Shown here: one piece after another, positions 26,651 to 39,374 of the stretch | Numbering within the stretch: position 1 is the first letter of the stretch | Layout: each line of letters opens with the position of its first letter | DNA from: Ministeria vibrans ATCC 50519 | Lineage: Eukaryota; Protista; Filasterea | Direction of reading: 5' to 3' | Assembly: GCA_943704425.1 (NCBI GenBank) | Contig: CALSCP010001006.1 | Span: 1 to 47,548, forward strand | DNA: 47,548 bases | Made by a program: the position numbers and the translations under genes | The notes under the pieces: model-generated | What the model saw: only the letters and a program-made list of their open reading frames with translations | What the model was told of the DNA's origin: nothing | Database searches by the model: none

Positions 26651-28662
26651 ATGTCTGGGGCAAATTCTGTCATTTTAAGTGAGTACATGCGTCCGCTTGG
26701 TATTTTTGCCCCGCTCTGACACAATCTGCTCTGAGTAGACGAACTGGGACAGCTGCGCTCCCTCATGCTGCAGGTTCTGGCGGAAGTTGCCGAACTAAAG
26801 GACCTCAAAGGCTCGGGCGCTGCGTTGGGCGCCTCGTCAGCCTCTACGAACGAGCCTGAGGTACAACAAAGTGAAAGTATCTGAACTTCTCTCTGTGCTC
26901 ATTCATTCCTCTCTGCGGAAAGCCCATTCACAAGTGCGTCCAGTGCAGCGTGGAATACAAGGAAAGTGACAATGCCAAGGGATCATGCAAGTTCCATGCG
27001 CAGTCGTGGTTCAGCCAGGGGCGGGGCGTTGTCTTTCGCTGTTGCCGGGCGACGGGGAGCAGTGCGGCACACGTCGACGGCTGTGTGCGCGGGAAGCACG
27101 CCGCCAAGCACCACAACAGGTATGCATACGCGGCGTATGCCCGACACATTGCTGACGTGTCGAACAACGGCTCGGCCTGGTTGCACTTGAACGGCGACGA
27201 TTTTGCTCGCCAACTTCCCGCTCACGCGTGTCTCGGCCTCCTACCTGCCGACCCCAACGACGACAATGACGGCGGCGATGCCAAACCCCAACCACGGCTT
27301 TTTGTTGTACTGGGCTCATCGCATGCGTGTGGTGAGTACGTGGCGACCTTCTCCCCGGAGGAACTCAGCAGACTCGGCGTGCACAACAACAGCGAGAGCG
27401 TCGACCTTACAACCACCGCCTCCACCACAACCACACTCATCCATCGTCTCGGCGAGCCAGATTCCAACGACGACACACCATCGCCGTGGTGGGCACATGC
27501 GGCGTGGGTACACGCGGGCGACGAGCCCAGTCGTATTGTCGGGGTTGAGATCAGCGTCAAACTGACACAGGACACTCGCGCCTCCACTGTACGTCGCTCA
27601 CTCGCCATCGACCCGCACACCAAGGCACTTGTGACCGGTGTGCCCGTTGTGGTGAGTACAGGCGAGACAATGGACTACCTTGCGTCGCACACTGAGCCTG
27701 CTGATGCACACGACGAGACGCTCTTTCCGCTGGCGCCCACCACTCGCGATGGGCCATCTCTCGACACTACCGCACCACCGCCAGTGAATGATGATACAAC
27801 GCCCGCCACCACCTGCTGCCAAGGGGACTCCGTCATTGTGTTGCGTCCCGATGCGCCCACCACAGCCCAGCAGCGTCGCCCGTACCGCTGCCTGGCCGAC
27901 ACGGACGTGGTGGAGCAGACCGTCACGAGCAGCGTTCTTGTGAGCAATCCCACGGCGGAGACTGTGAGTGTCATTGACATGCGTCTAGAGTACTGCAACA
28001 GCGACGGCACGTGGGTGCCGATGGAAGGGGTGCGCCATGCACCGGGCGGCATGGGCAGCCGCAACTGGTGCGCCAGTGGAACGGGAGAAGTCAACATTCT
28101 CAATGTGGGCGCAGGCGAGACAATGCGCCTTGGGGTTGAGGGCCACTTCTCAGTGCCGGGCCTTGTCTGTGCGACCGATGCGAACCGCGTACACGTGTCG
28201 CTGCCGCAGCCGTTGCGTGTGCGTCTCACCATCACCGATCTCCACGACAAGACGGTCTCGCTTGTGCGCGAGCACACCAATTCACCTCTCGTGCTCCCGT
28301 CAAGCGAGCGTGTTGCTTCCGACGCCGGTGTGCCCCTCTTGCACCTCTTTGTCTCCGTCGACGACACCGCTGCCCTTCAGCGTCACCCCTTTGCCGTGTA
28401 CCACAAGTCGGGCGAGATCTTTCTCAAGCGCGACGGACAGTACTGCTCGTTCTCCCCACTCGACTTTGCGCGCATTGCCTATCGTACAGTTCACAACACA
28501 CCTCGAGCACAGGGAGGGCAGCACGACCAGTCCGATGAGGCACAGTCCGACTTGCCGCTCATGCTTGAGCACGAACTTGCCCAGATCACCGCAGATCAGG
28601 CCAAGTTCAAAGCAAAAGCTTTTGCTCTCGTGGGTCGTCGCAACAGCAGTAAGACATTTTAA
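26651..28662 (+). CDS. Hypothetical protein with an N-terminal Cys/His Zn-binding motif; the 3' end probably continues into the gap
   Basis: Spliced MSGANSVIL|NELGQL...EPE|PIHKCVQC...NAKGSCKFH...FRCC...GCVRGKH followed by a 570-aa ORF. GTAAGA donor at ~28649 just before the gap. Confidence 0.7.
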
Positions 28663-28704
28663 AACTGACATCAGTTGTGCCTACCAGTGCTCAGTTTTTT
28701 TTTT

Positions 28705-28714
28705 NNNNNNNNNN
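28705..28714. other. Scaffold gap (10 N)
   Basis: Run of N flanked by homopolymers. Confidence 1.
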
Positions 28715-28746
28715 TTTTTTCAAAAAAAAAAAAAAAAAAAAAGTAC

Positions 28747-29082
28747 GTCGTTGGTTCAGATCTTCTCCGCTTCTTTCTGCAGCAGCATATGATGATGATG
28801 ATAGCAATGATAAGCACCGCCCCGCCGCCAGCAGCTCCAGCGATGATGGCAATGTCTATGGGTGAAAAAAGAACGCGTGAGATTGACGTATCCGCTACAG
28901 AGGCGGTATTTGGCACTGGGACGACAAGGACGACAGGGAGTTTGGGGTATATTGAGGCAACAAGGACAGGGCGAGGGAAGGGAAGACGCCGTTTGAGGTT
29001 TCTGACCAATAGCTTGCACTTGTGCTATGCAGGCCATCAGCAGACACGCGGTCCAGAACGACCGGTACGGATCGATCAACAT
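28747..29082 (-). CDS. 5' part of a single-pass type I membrane protein with almost no ectodomain
   Basis: MLIDPYRSFWTACLLMACIAQVQAI (signal peptide), intron 29006-28856, then DIAIIAGAAGGGAVLIIAIIIII (TM) and CCCRKKRRRSEPT. The GT donor at 28746 leads into the gap. Confidence 0.65.
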
Positions 29083-29235
29083 GATGGGGTGTTGACTCAA
29101 GAGGAAGGCACTTTTAATTGATTATTGATTTTTTGTTATTAATTTATTTTGATGGTTAGTTGAGTGTCACTACTAACTCCCTTGTCAAGTTTTCCCAAAT
29201 CCACATTAACATTTATTCATTTGCCTGCTTCTGCA

Positions 29236-30133
29236 ATGGCAATACCATGCGTCCAGCTTGCGTCTGGCATCAGCATGCCACAACTTGGAATGGGACTGTC
29301 GCACCGTGGAGGCTTCGCGCGAGAGACACTGGTGACATTGTTGCATGATAAGACTTACACCGCTCTCGACACCGCAACACGCTACGGCAATGAAGAAGAG
29401 GTTGGGACGCGTCGAGGAGTATTAACGTATGTCTAAGGCGCATTGTTTTCTTAAGTAGTTGCCAAGTTGCTGGCGTGCCGCGGGCGTTGCACGCGAGGAT
29501 GTATTTCTCACGACCAAGCTGTGGCGTGGGGACACAGACGACCCCGAAGCGGCGTTGCGAGACTCGCTCAAGCGTCTCCAAACGGACTATGTCGACCTTT
29601 ACCTTGTTCACTGGCCCGGCGTTGCGGTGCAGGCACAGGAGAGCCCGGACGAGGCACGCTTACGCGTGTGGCGACACCTCGAGCGTTTTTACGAGCAAGG
29701 ACTCTGTCGTGCCATCGGCGTGAGCAATTGGATGCCTTCGCACCTCTACGCACTCGCCGATCAATGTTCCACCCTTCCCATGTTAAATCAGTGTGAATTC
29801 CATGTACATCAAGCGTCGCCATTGGTGCGCGACGCTTGTTCCTCTCTCAACATTCAATTTGCCGGCTACTCCCCGCTTGGAAAGGGTGCCGCACTTGTCG
29901 ATGAAACTGTATGTGCCGTTGCCCAAGAAGTAGGTCGATCCGCCGCTCAGGTAGCTATTCGCTGGAGCATCCAGCACGGTGCTGTGACCATTCCAAAGTC
30001 ACGCAATGTAGAACGTGCGCGAGCCAATATGCAAGTGTTCGACTTCGAACTCAGTCGAGACCAGATGCAACGTCTTGATGCTCTCCACCATGACGATGTA
30101 CACGTTTCGTGGGACCCCACACATGTACCTTAA
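29236..30133 (+). CDS. Aldo-keto reductase
   Basis: MPQLGMG; catalytic tetrad LDTA, RYGNE, TTKLW, LVHWP; RAIGVSN, NQCEFH, YSPLG, IPKS. One intron at ~29401-29458. Confidence 0.93.
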
Positions 30134-30197
30134 CATTATCAATGTAGAAAATTATACGTCGTCAGAAATAAGACGAAGAAAACCAGTCTTATCACTT

Positions 30198-30817
30198 TTA
30201 TTGTACGCCTTGACTCTGTTCGAGGGCAACACACGACAAAGTGTGCTCAACATCGTCCGCATCCATTGGTTGAAACCCATTCACATCTGCATCCCCAAGC
30301 ACAAATGATTCTTGCTCCGCACCAAGCAACACCTCGTCCACGTCTGCACTCTCTTCCTCCTCATCCTCCTCCTCCTCTTCTTCTCCTCCTTCATCTGCGT
30401 CGCCCCCTTCACCTGAATCCTCTTCTTCCCCCTGCTCCGCACTCCCGGCTCCATCAACATCCTCCGTTCGTGCACGCTTCCTATTATTCCCTCCAATTGT
30501 GTCCAACATCTTCCTCTTGTTCGCCTCTTTAATCTACACACACACACACATAAAATTATGTGAAAAAAAAAATCTTGTTAAGAAATCCTTCTCAAACATT
30601 GTGTGCTTGTCTCGTGTACCTGTGCAATCTCGTCTCCCTCGTCCATCGCATCTCCACCATCTTCTTCCTCGGCCTCTCCCTGAATCTGTTCAATGACTTG
30701 CTCCACTTGGTCCATCGTAATGCGAAAGTCACGCGCTGTACTTCGCTTCACCTTCTTCATGTAATTCACCTATATTAAAAACAATAGAATAATAACAATA
30801 AATAATTAATAATAATT

Positions 30818-30859
<42 letters not shown>

Positions 30860-30877
30860 TAATAATAATAATTAAAA

Positions 30878-30918
<41 letters not shown>

Positions 30919-33900
30919 TAATCATCATTATTAAAAATTAATATCACAATGAAACTAATAATTAATCTGTGTGGTTTACCCCCGATTTTTGCGATAGCTG
31001 AATGAGAAACCGTTCGTTCTGCTCAATAGCAAAGATGAGAGCCGGCACAAGTTTGCCCTCACGCAGAATGCGAGCCTTGGCCGCCGATGTGGGTGCACCA
31101 CCCCCGCCGCCCTTCTTCTTGCCCTTGCCCTTTCCCTTGGGTGCGGCAAGAATGGTCGCATTCTCACTGTCAATCGTCTGCAGACCTGAAATGTAATCGT
31201 AGATGCTGTCCGAAAGCGCCACGGCGGTCACATCGACAAGACGCGAGAGGAGCGCAGGCGGGTGGCGACGGGCCTGTGATAGCGCCGCAAGAGCATACTT
31301 GACAGCACCCATGCATACGACGTAGAGGTGACGCAACGTCTTGAGAAGCATCTCGGCCTCCTTTCCATGGTAATCACAGCGCAAAATCAACGCGAGCGCA
31401 TCCGCAATGTGTATCAGTCGCTCAAGCACCGCCTCGTCAATGGCGCGCGGCTGAGACGAGCCGGGCACCGTCTGTTGTGAGTAGACCGCACCAAACACAC
31501 CAGCACCCGTCCCGTCAAGCGCACCCAACGCAGTCACCGTCGCTGCCGCTTTTTTGTCACCACCTTTCTTGCCGGCAGAAGCGGACGGGAGCAACGTCTT
31601 GAGACGGCCCAGAGTCCAGTCGGCTTCGTCGAGTGCTCGATCAAGAGCGGCAAGCGTCAGCGGATACACTTGAGCACAGGTGCGTGCGTTCACAATGGCA
31701 AAAACTGGGTCGACTGCGGGACACGAGTCGGTGGTGGTGTCGCGTGACTCGTGAAAGAGATCCTCGGCAAACTCGCAGGCAGCCATAAGGCTGTTCTTGC
31801 CGGGTTCGCCCACGAGCAGGGTTTGCTGCACAAGGGCGCGCACGAGCACAGTTTCGTCGCAAGCAAGACCTATACAGTGGCGGTACACATACTGACGGTA
31901 GCGATCGTAGCGTTCGTGGCTGTGGGGCACCAGCGACATGAGCAGGCCAATCGTTTTGACAATGGCGTGCGCCTCCTTGTACGCAGGGGGTGTAAGGCCC
32001 ACAAGAGCGTCCGCCTGGCGCTGCAAATTGCGCACGTGCGCAACGTACAACGACGAGCCCTGCAACACGACCGACGTAGTCGCACGCAGAGAAGCGACAA
32101 ACGTCTGGAAGCGCGGCTCGCTGAGGCGTGCACCGGCCGTGCGCACGGCATTGTAGAAACACTCAGCAGCGAGTCCCACCAGCGAGCGACTGCGCTTCTT
32201 CTCGGCATCGTCCACATCGGGACTGGACAGGTCGCCCACAAGGGACAGCAGCAGTGTGCGTGTCGACTCGCCGACCGAGCTCATCAGTTTCATGACACAC
32301 TCGCCATCGGGCACTAGCGCCTCGCCGGGACACCCACCACCACTGTGGATTTCCGACAGTTTCTCGGCACATACACGCAAAGCGTACGACACAAACGAGG
32401 CAGTGCGACGCAACGCACTAGGTTGCTCGAGAGGCAACGGCGGAGCAGCGGCAGCTGTTGTCGACGACATTCGACCACGGCTTGCAAGGGGCGAGCCTAG
32501 CGAAGCGTTGGGGTGTGTCGATGCGGCAAGCGCGGCGGCCGCCTCGGCCGAGGTGTCCTCGTTGTTGTTCACCAGATGGTGCAAGATGATGGCGACACAG
32601 CCCACGGAGAGACTGGAGCGTGTGCTGATCTTGACACGTTGCGACGGAGGCACAGTGGCGCCAGCGGTGGCGGCGGCAGCGCCACCGCCACCACCGCGTT
32701 TCTTGGCTGCATCCGCAGCCTTGGCACCTTTGCCCTTGGCACGTGCGACGCCAGGCTTTTTCGGTGCGTCTGCATCAGGAGCGCCGCTTGCGTCGTCGCG
32801 AACAGCCGCGCGTGCCGCTTCGTGTCGACGAAAGAGCGTAAGCACTGTGGTGCATGTTTCGGCGGACATGCGTATCGAGTTGGACGAAGGCGATGATGAG
32901 GTCGCTGCCGCCTTGTCCTGGCCGTTGCGAGTCTCACCATCATTATCGTCAGCGGAAGTGACAACGTCGTGTTGATTTGCCGCCCGCAGAATGGTCCACT
33001 CGATGAGAGACTCGTAGAGGGCAAGGAGAAGCGAGGCACAATGAACATTTTGTTGGGAGATGTTGGTGAGACCGCCAAAGTCGCAAGCGCGGTCCAACTC
33101 AAATTGATCCATGTCACAGTGGCACATACGGCGCGTCACCGCCCCCATAATGTCCACAAGACGAGTCTCGGCCGCGGACGGGGACGAGGAGGCAGCAGGC
33201 ATGTCGACGTCGTCGCCTGGCAAGACAAGCACGCGCACAACACACGCGACCAGATCACCAAGGGGCTCGGTGATGGAGGCGGCACCGGTGCCCGTGCCAA
33301 TGTCGACACAGGAGCGCAAGCGAAAGGGGGCAAAGCCGGCGCGATCGTCGTAGTAGCGAAGCAAGTGTTCCAAGAGAAGGTCGAGGACATGGACGCGCAA
33401 ACGGGGATTGGCCACGACCGCCTCGACAAGACCTTGGTAGAGCATGGTGCGCACGCTGGCCTGTTGGACAAGGCTGCGACGAAGCGTCGTGAGAATTTCA
33501 ATGCACACCGCCTCACCACTGAGCATGCCAAAGGAGGAGGATGCAATAGGGGCAGCGCGCGCGAGGCTATCGATGGACTGTTGCGACATTTCGCCAGCGG
33601 ACGAGAGCGCGCGAATGCGTTGTTGTGCAAGGAGTTGGAGGAATCCACCTGTGGCAATTTTGCGCGAGTCCACGTCGCGACTAAACATAGACTTGCGCAG
33701 TACGAGAGTGACGGAATCTCGCAATGAGACGCTAATGGTGAGCAATGGGCGCAGCGCGCGCAGAATGCTCTCGGCCGTGGCGGGCTCGACAAACGACAGG
33801 TAGTCGCAGGCGTCCTTGATGCGACCCTGATGCTCGAGCAGACTCTGGGGTGCGCTCGCGACCAAATATGTGAGCAGGTCAAGATAGTGAGCGACGCTCG

Positions 33901-35933
33901 AGAAGCTGTTAAAGCTCGACGAGGCGCTGCTTTTGGTGACGACGCGCGTGAGCACTTGGCTGATAATTTCACCGCGAGCCGAATCATGACGACGGAATGT
34001 TTCGAGGAGCAAGTCGGTGCCCAGACGTGTGGTGTTCATGCTGGCAAGTTTGATGGCCACCTGTAAAGCGTGGCCGGTCGTGACAGACGTGACGAGCGAC
34101 GAGGTGGCACCCGTGTAGGCACCCACGTTTGCCTCGACCTGGGGTGGCGTGGCAACGTCGTGAGGCATGCGAAGGCGCGGAGGGCAGCGTGTTCCCTGGT
34201 GATCAACGAGGTGGGTACCGAGACGCACAAGACCCTGTGTGACCTGTTCCCAGTCGCCCGACGATTGTTCGACCGTAGAAAGAACGGCACGACGCACGTC
34301 GGGCACGGCAAGAATGGATTCGCGTGTCGGGAGCCAAGAGGCGCACATGGTGTGCATGGCGTGGTCACGAAACGTCTTGATGAGGAGCGACGCAAGCAGG
34401 TCGTAGATGGCGTCGGAAAAACGATGAATCGAGGCGACAGCCAGTAAAACGGCCACGTTGAAAGGTGTGAGCAGATGCGAGCCAGCCGTCTTGCCCAGAC
34501 GCACCAGCTCGTGGCCTAGTTCGTGGTCCTGTTTGATACTGAAGACGAGATGAAGCAAGACGGTTCCCTCGGCCTGGCGCAGCTGCTCGGCATTGACATT
34601 GGTTGTGATTTCGTCGTCATCGTTGTCGTCGTCGTCGTTGTTGTGATTGTTATTATTGTGGTTTTGTTTGTTGCGCTGACGAAGCACAAGACGATCGAGT
34701 CCATTGAAGTGTTGCAGGATACGCTGAACGGCGTAGCGCTTGTGGCCTTTGGATGCGAGTAGAAGGAGTTGATAGACGAGTGGAGGTACCTCTTGGACGT
34801 CGAGCGGCGCCAGACTACGCGCAATCTTGTCCATGGTCATAAACAGTTGATCGTCGTCAAGGGGCACATCACGAAACATGTTTGCCATGTGATTCACTGT
34901 CACCGGCTCCCACGGCATGTTACACAGTCGGTAGATGGACCGACTGACGTACGTGGCACCGCTCATCTTTTCAATTTGTCCTACATCAAAACAAATTAAA
35001 ATCGTCGTCGTTTTTATTTTTCAATTTGCGTTTGGTATACCTGAATCTGTCTCCGTGGCGGCCACAGTGACTGAAGTGGCTGTGGAAATGGCCGAAAAGA
35101 GTTTAGGTAGAATTTCCAGGGAGACAAACGACTTGCGCGTGGCCAAACGGTCGGCACGAAGTTGACGAGCGCAATGACGCACAATGACTGTGAGCGACGT
35201 TGGTGGGAGTGCACCCAAGGTTGCTTTGGAGCCTGTACCACCGTCGTTGTCGACGCCTGTCGTGTTGGTCGTGGCCGTGACTGTCGCTGACGACAGGTCC
35301 GTCATGGATTCGTCGAGAGGGCCCGCGACAAGGAGCGTTGCAAGCACATTGAGTGTGTCGGTTGAGGTTTTTGCACACGATACGGCGCCCGCATCAAGCA
35401 AATCAATCGTGGCAATGGCAGTGCGTAACAACATTGCCAATGACTGTTGCGGATCATTGTCCATTGAGAGGTGCGCTGCAAGTTGCAAAAAAAAGGGGGT
35501 TTGAGATGAACGCGTTTGTTTCGTGTTTTCGACGGTGGCGAAAATCCTTTTGAAAACGAATGGCGATTGCAGAAAGTGAGTGAAAACGCGGTAGAGTACG
35601 AGTGAGATACAAAAGGAACGGAGTAAAAGGCGCGAATGTTATGAATTTGGAATGTTTCAAGTTTAACGTTTTTTTTTTCTCTTTCTTTTTTCTTCACATC
35701 TACCTGCAAAGACGTAGCGAAGACACGGGACAAGGACATCCTGGTCGCATGCTGTAGTAATGAGGTTGACGAGCTACAAATAAAACGAGAGAATCAGAGA
35801 AACGGCGCAAAACAACGCGTTTGTGTTGTCGAACATCGTCTTTGGAAAGAGGTTTGAGAAAGTCTTTGGCGCGTGCAAGCGTGTCCTCGCCGAGTGGCTG
35901 GGGTACAAGCGTGCAAAACTCGAGGGGTTTCAT
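30198..35933 (-). CDS. FANCI: Fanconi anemia group I protein
   Basis: DVQEVPPLVYQLLLLASKG, VLLHLVFSIKQDHELG, LVLRKSMFSRDVDSRK (monoubiquitinated Lys context), ILREGKLVPALIFAIEQNERFLIQLSQKS|...KRSTARDFRI and an acidic tail. Confidence 0.93.
30780..30962. repeat. (AAT)n intronic microsatellite
   Basis: AAT array in a FANCI intron. Confidence 0.9.
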
Positions 35934-36285
35934 TAAAAAGTAGTGTAATTTGTAATTTGTATTTTCAATTATGTCAAGTTCGTTGATTGTTTCTCGTGTG
36001 ACTAACTCTGGAAGTTCAAAATCCAGCCAACAGGCGATTCATGCTTCTGGGCCTGCGTCGGACCTGAACAGTATACTTCCTCGACAAAATAGACAGTCAC
36101 CGTACGACATATAGTCATACACAGTCCAAATAACAGGAATGTGACCGATTTGTCATTGGAAGTCTACACGACGGGAACATTGCAAGAGATGAAAAAAGTG
36201 TGTGAGAAAGCGATGCGCGTGTATGTGGGTGTGGGGGTGAGTGGGTCGTGTGTCGTGTGTCGTGTGTCGTATTGTATTACGCACC

Positions 36286-37233
36286 TCAATTGGAAGGGTC
36301 ATGGTGAGCTTCAGGTGCAAAGTAGGGGCTCAGTGGGAGTGCACAGCCCACGACGGCACCGACAATGGACAGCCATGAACACAAGTAGTTGCCTGTATCT
36401 GAATGTGCACCTTCCACTGTGCTCATGAGCGTTGCAGTCTGACAGGGGTGCAAATGGTAAAACACACGTCCCAACAGCGGATGTTCCTGAATCGAATCAC
36501 AACGGGTGAGTGCCACGAGAGCGCGACGTGAGACTCGATGTTTCACCTTTTGTGTAAGAAATGTCCATTGCTCGGTCTGGAGTCGCTCTCGATGATACAA
36601 ATCAATGTCGAGCCACACTTGCTCGCGGGTGAGTCGCTGTCCGTCTGTCCACCAACCAAAACAAAAAAGTTCAATCCGTAGTCCCTTGTACATATCTGCA
36701 TACCAATGGTAGACGCGTTGAAAAAGAGCACCGGCACACTGTAGGTGGTGCTGTACACAACGTGATATTCGTATTTGTGCCAGGCAGAAGTTGACTGTGC
36801 GAAAAACGAACTTGCGAGTCAAAATGAAAAACGACGAAGACAAAACCCCCACTGGTGTACGGTTGTGAGAGCAGCTGCGTCGTCATCGTCAACCAAAGAC
36901 TCATCAAGCAGGTCGTTATCGAGTGTTTCGTCCATCTTGCCTGCGATGGCATTGTCGCTTGGCGTCTTGGCAGGCGGGAGTCGCAAAACGTCCGCTTTGA
37001 GCAAATAGCCACCGCCAATTCGAGTCTACGCAGTACTAAGTCAGCCTTGCACTGCCAGGGAGGTGGTAGGTAGTCTGATCGTACATTCACCTGGCGCCAT
37101 TGCCAGCCGTCCGCAATGGAGTCGCTTGCTGTCACAATCGCTCGGGCATCCAACTGAGAATGAAATGCAGGTCATGAAATTTGCTTTGCAGCCTGCACTC
37201 GTGTACCTGAAACTTTTCCCACGAGAGAGTCAT
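36286..37233 (-). CDS. ATG10: Autophagy E2-like enzyme Atg10
   Basis: MTLSWEKFQ|L...SDSIADGWQW, EYHVVYSTTYSVPVLFFNA, EHPLLGRVFYHLHPCQT (catalytic Cys) and NYLCSWLSIVGAVVG. Confidence 0.92.
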
Positions 37234-37335
37234 GATTACAATACAGATAAATAAATAAATAGAGTTAATAGTATAGAAATTCTTTTTAAAATAAAACCCA
37301 TTAATTATTAATGATATAGGATTGAACTCGATTGA

Positions 37336-38953
37336 TTAAGATTTTAATTCTTTTATGGGAAAACGGCAGCGCTTGCCACAACCTCGACAGAGAGATTGGT
37401 CCGGAGAGGGTGCGGGTGGTTTTGGACATACACATCGGTTGTGCTTCTGGTGCTCGTCGAGTGTACGTGACACAAAGCCATCCAAATGCTGCTGCAACGC
37501 TCGCTGCATAGACACAACAACAAAAGTAAAATCACAACATTTGCACAGCATACGCCTTGATTTTACCTGGGTGGTGAACACTCGCTCGCACACATGACAG
37601 CACAGCGGTTGTAGTGCCAGGGCGGGTGCGTCCACGGGAGCCCCGGCATATCGTCGTTCCCGCTCCCGCTCCTCTGCGCTCACACTCGCTTTGTCTGTCG
37701 TTCCCACACCCCCTTCTTCATGTGCTACGAAACACCAAAATCGCGCCGTTATTACTTTTCTCTCGCTGTCGCTTTGTTCTTTCCCCTCATCTCCTCCTCT
37801 CTCTCTATCTCTATCACTTTGTTTCTTTCTCTATTACTTTGTTTCTTTCTCCTCTCTCTATTACTTTGTTTTTTTCTCCTCTCTCTCTATTACTTTGCCA
37901 CTTCCCCCTTCTCTCTCTCATGTATAATTATCATTTGTACCTTGAAGGGCGTCCGTGTCACCTGCAAAGTCCCACAAGCAAATGGAACATAAAGCGCCCG
38001 AACACTTTGCGGGTTGTGCACTCCCACACCGAAACACAGTCTCAATGTGGCGTTCGGCTGGAAACCGCTTTCCAACTATAATATGAACGATATATTACAC
38101 ATGCTGCAGTGCCACTCTATCTTTTTTTCGTCTCACCTTGGTGTCTTCTCAGTTCGTATCCATACGCTTCGGCCCAGTGTGCCTCTGATTGAGATTCCGT
38201 CGACTCCGCATGTCCTTGTGTGCCACCATGTATGAGTCGATCAAACGAGGGCGTGCCTTGCGAGACCACAACGAGTCCAAGGTGTGCAGCAATGCTGGCT
38301 ATGCCCCAGTCGCGCACTTGGTGCTCGCACAGAGTCAGGTGCACAGTACCCTCGTCTTTGTTGGCCAAACGACTGCAGGCGGAGTGTAAATAGTGTGCTA
38401 CAAGAGCTCGGTTGCGCTGAAGGAGGTCTTCACCAGAATGGGGAAAGTTGAAGACAATCCTATCGAAAGGTTGGACACTCTCGAGGGCGTTTGAGGCGAC
38501 GTGAAGACGACTCGCATCGACGCCGTGCAGGACGTGTTCGACAAGCCTGCGTTGCTCCAGATTCTCCACAATTCCTCGCGACTCGGGGTACTTGGCAAAG
38601 AGTGCGTCGCGCGAGTCAAACGTGGTGGCTGTGAGGGAGAGGGGAACGCGACGACCGGCACACCGACACAACGCCCGTGAATAGCTTAAATTTCCGTCTC
38701 CCACGACTAGTATCCTCCAAACAACCGGCGGCACAGTTCTAGGCGTCACATTGGCTGCAGCATCTGTCGACGGTGCGCTTGTCGTCGTCGTTGTCGCTGT
38801 CGTTGTCGCCAGTCGTTTCTTGTGCTTCGCTGCGACATGTTGCTTCAATCGATCTTGGTTCGCCGTTCGACGCCCACACACGTCGCAAACAAAGGAACGA
38901 ACGCCTGGCAAAGTCTCAGATGCCTCCGACGACTCACAGCGTTGCCTCTTCAT
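37336..38953 (-). CDS. BMT5/DUF2431-like rRNA methyltransferase domain flanked by C2H2 zinc fingers
   Basis: ILVVGDGNLSYSRAL, LTATTFDS, HGVDAS, FDRIVFNFPH, RNRALVAHY. Zinc fingers CDVC..HVAAKH and CHVC..QH. 3' exon structure approximate. Confidence 0.82.
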
Positions 38954-39094
38954 CTATGATGATTAGAGTGGCGAGGAATTGAACTTTAGTCAGTCGTTGT
39001 GAGAGTGTGATCGATTCAACACGAAGTCACGAAAGCGAATCAGTTATTTCTCTCCTCTCTACTCTATTCTACAGTTCCAGTCCAACATTCGACG

Positions 39095-39342
39095 ATGGGA
39101 AAGCACAAGAAGAAGCTTTTCGACAAGAAACGCGATGCGACATTTAGCCTCGTGCATCGAAGCCAACGCGACCCGCTTGCCGCCGATAGCGATGCGCCCC
39201 AGAGGATTCTACTGCCCACCAACGAAGCAGCGGTATGACGAACACGTGCGTGGTGGGGGGTGTGCGGAGGGTTTCGCTTTGATTTAGAGTCGCGCAAGAG
39301 AGAGACAATGATTATTCATTCTAAAAGGACCGGCTTTTTTTT

Positions 39343-39374
<32 letters not shown>

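Noticed and set aside
28675-29121. Plus-strand continuation of the Zn-motif gene across the gap
   Set aside because: The minus strand gives a coherent signal peptide + TM gene with proper splice sites in the same interval.
36055-36085. TPP riboswitch (ACCTGAACAG) or U1 snRNA (ATACTT) similarity
   Set aside because: The remaining conserved elements (CTGAGA and TAAT..CTGCG; ATACTTACCTG) are missing.
36150-36290. Selenocysteine read-through of the ATG10 TGA with a downstream SECIS
   Set aside because: The hairpin lacks a properly placed GA/GA quartet and apical AA, and the TGA lies in a non-conserved tail.
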